A stretch of 64,000 bases of DNA from NCBI RefSeq assembly GCF_963921235.1, contig NC_086114.1, forward strand, positions 44,144,001-44,208,000, in the 5' to 3' direction. Below the pieces are notes generated by a model. That model saw only the letters and a program-made list of their open reading frames with translations, searched no databases and had not been told where the DNA came from. Each line of letters opens with the position of its first letter. Within the stretch, counting starts at the first letter, position 1. This document shows, piece by piece, positions 61,126 to 64,000 of this stretch. The position numbers and the translations under genes were made by a program. The DNA is from Mobula hypostoma. Lineage: Eukaryota.

Positions 61126-62039
61126 ATGTAGAGTATCATAACCTTCTGATCCTGTTTCTGTTGTAAGGTTATTTTCCTTGGTTACCCAAATTGGTGACAT
61201 CATCACATGTGTAAAACACAGTGGATGGCTCTTCTAGAGTTAATCATGAGAGGAGATGCTTGATCAAATTTTGTGACGTGGGCTTCAATAAGATATAAAA
61301 ATAAATACTTCAAAACAGGAGCAAAATGTTTCTTATTCATGATTTATACATGAAAAACAACAAGAACTCCCAATTTCTTGACAATGCTTCCAATCTAAAT
61401 GTTGTGTAATTCCAACTATTCGGGCAAACTTCAAAGTGAAAAAGAAAATTTAAAAAAAACTGAAGATGCTGGTAATCAGAAACAAAGTAATATAATGCAG
61501 TAAAACTCAGCATTCAGTTGTCGGATCACATCTGTCAGACGAGTGTAGCTCTGATGAAGAGTCTTGAACCCGGAACACTGACTCTGTTTCTCTTCTCAGG
61601 TATGCAGCCTGACATGATGAGTATTTCCTGCATTTTCTGATTTTGAATTCAGCTTCGATGCTGTCAAAGCAATCAAATCAAATCAAATTAAAGTACACTT
61701 ATTAGCAATGTAGTGTATGTATGTAGTATACAACCCTGAGATTCATCTTCCAACAGACAGTCAGAAAACAAAGAAAGACAACCAAAGAAAGAAATCTTGT
61801 TCTCAGTGCAGCGGTGATTGTGAAGAGATTTAATAGAGGTCTTTAATGTAATGAAATGCTCTGATACAGATTGTTGTTCTCACTTTGGTGAAATAAACCT
61901 GACAGATTCTGCTTCTGAATGGAATCGATTACTGGCAAGGCAATTGCATCAACCAAACTTCAAATTTCAATGAGCATAAATTGCTAAAACATGGATCAAG
62001 AACATACTTCTTTCTTCTTATATGGCATGAAAGCACCAG

Positions 62040-62790
62040 CTACGCCTGTAAACACCAGCCGTCCTGAGTCCCGGGTGACTTTTGACCCGCATAAACTGCG
62101 ATTTGAGCTTCCTTACGAGTTTGTAGATGGTACTAATCCCATATTTCTTTAGGATTTTGGCGATCCTTCCAGAAACTGTGCAAATGTAGGGAAGACAGGA
62201 TTAATACCATTCACAAACCCACAAGGAAGCTGAAATCACAGATAATGCTCAGAATGGCTGGCATTTACAGGATTCCCTGTGAATGCAGAGCAAAGTATAT
62301 CAGCCAGAGGCGACTATGGTGGAAACCCGGATTAAGGGGCACAGGAGGTGTATCCGTTTGTGTTACCCAGAGAAATAAGTGGCAGCAGAACATTGCATTC
62401 ACAATGGCCATAGGATTGACTTTGATGGCACAAAACTACTGTGCTGCACCTATGGCTTTTAGGACTGCCTGGTGAAGGAATCCATTGAAATAAAACTAGA
62501 GGAAAATAATCTTAACAGAGAAAAAGGCCTCGCTCTAAGTAAGAAGTGGAATTCAATTGTAAACAAGGTGAGGCAGTGGAAACCTGATTGGATGAGGACT
62601 AACCAATCAGGAGGGATGAACAATGGGGGTACAAATGTCACCAGACTGGACATGCCCAGCCATCAGCTCTGATGAAGATGGCAGAGTTTGTCATTGGAAT
62701 ATCGATTAAACTCGATACCTGCACCCGGCTGGATGCCTGGGAAGAGTTTATTCACCATATACGCCAGGAAAGCACTATATCCTTTTCTGC
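62040..62790 (+). mobile_element. Second PLE family: GIY-YIG relic, hammerhead, and an inverted 5' segment
   Basis: AGIYRIPCEC..YISQ and KESIEIKL..NLNREKGL.LS..W; CTGATGA at 62669. The minus-strand segment 62040-62200 reads LPYICTVSGRIAKILKKYGI..TAGVY. Confidence 0.88.
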
Positions 62791-63289
62791 AAAAACATTT
62801 GCAGCATCAGGAATTCACAACTTTTTAACAAATGAACTAGAGAGTCCTGATTCAAACAGCACAGAAAATGGCTCTTTGCCCCATCTTGGCCATGCTGACA
62901 CCTACCAACATTATTCACACTTACCAGCACTTATTTCTTATTTAATGATTTTAATTTTCATTTGTTACTTGAAGTTTGTTCACCAAACTTATATGAGTTG
63001 CCAGAACTGCTTTCCAAGTCAACGTCAGGGTCACTCATACTCTCAGAAACCTGGAGCCATGATCCTTACAGTCTGCCTGTGCTGAGATCATCCACATCTG
63101 ACACTCTGCTGCTCCCTGCTGTACTGTAAAAGTTGAAGAAAACTTCACCAAAAATGTGGTGAATGTCCCATTCTTGATAAATGCAACTTTTATTCACATG
63201 TGGAGGGGCTTCAATCTATAGTTCTATGATTCTAAATGTACAGCTGTTCATTCAGGGTACTCGGGTCCTGAAAGACTGCTCCTGAAAAA

Positions 63290-63655
63290 GAACATAACAT
63301 AAGAATATAAGAAATAAGAGCAGGAGTAGGCCATCTGGCCCATCGAGCCTGCCCGCCATTCAATAAGATATTAGCTAATCTGTCCGTAAACTCAGATCCA
63401 TCTACCTGCCTTTTCCCCATAACCTTTAATTCCCTTACTATGTAGAAACCTATCGAACTGTACCTTAAATATATTTAGTGAAGAAGCCTCAACTGCTTCC
63501 CTGGGCAGAGAATTCTACAGATTCACCACTCGCTGGGAAAAACAGTTTCTCCTCATCTCTGTCCTAAATCTTCTCTCCTGAATCTTGAGGCAATATCCCC
63601 TAGTTCTAGTCTCACCTACCAATGGAAACAACTTTTCCACTTCTATCTTATCTAG
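63290..63655 (-). mobile_element. Young CR1 LINE 3' end
   Basis: aacataagaatataagaaataagagcaggagtaggccat..cagagaattctacagattcaccactc. Confidence 0.88.
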
Positions 63656-64000
63656 CTTCCTGCTTTGAAGGTTAGGTCTCTTTCTTCAGCTTTTACTCAC
63701 TTCTGAGCTACTACCTCTCCTCATGGACATCTTCTGGCCTCTTAGTTCTGAGGCAAGAGGTGACGACCCCTGGTTGGATCAGGCTGACTTGAGTTGTGCA
63801 GAGGTCTGCCTGTGAAAGCAGGAGAGTCCATACCTGTCCCTTTAAGCAAAATTTTTCAGTGTTATGAACTGGATCTTCCCTGTTCGAAAAGCAGCACTGA
63901 GATTCAAACAATTGTGGCTGGAAATCTCGTCAGAAGTGATTTTTTTTGTGTGTACAATAGTTGACGTCAGAGTTGGACTGTGGAAACTGAATGATTCTTT

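Noticed and set aside
63700-63911. Possible minus-strand exons (ag/gt signals)
   Set aside because: Stops in most frames and no recognisable protein; cannot be supported without RNA data.

Overview
Eukaryotic, repeat-dense, apparently non-coding DNA (large intron or gene desert). The repeat inventory (V-SINE/HE1-like SINEs, CR1 and Rex1/Babar 3' fragments, Deu-domain SINE, many Penelope-like 3' ends) is typical of a cartilaginous fish, probably a ray; this assignment is inference from repeat recognition. I could not support any host protein-coding exon. Every recognisable ORF is a transposon relic: a decayed Gypsy (K02A2.6-like) element at 1-3663, Rex1, Tc1, hAT-Charlie, HERO, Penelope GIY-YIG and L1. 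The most interesting signals are RNA-structural. (1) A hammerhead-like catalytic core in a non-circularly permuted, pseudoknotted order lies in the 3' UTR of a HERO retrotransposon (45243-45308, minus strand). (2) About 20 Penelope-derived short elements carry minimal hammerhead motifs; one has an intact core and a 9-bp TSD, and many form head-to-head palindromes centred on the ribozyme. Other observations: a composite Tc1-MITE transposon present twice, two short templated (template-switch) insertions, an old hairpin element split by about 1.9 kb of insertions, a minisatellite with an emerging higher-order repeat, and TE-free islands with PBX-HOX/MEIS/POU motif clusters. There is one 210-nt assembly gap. 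Boundaries without TSD/TIR support are approximate (about +/-20-50 bp).
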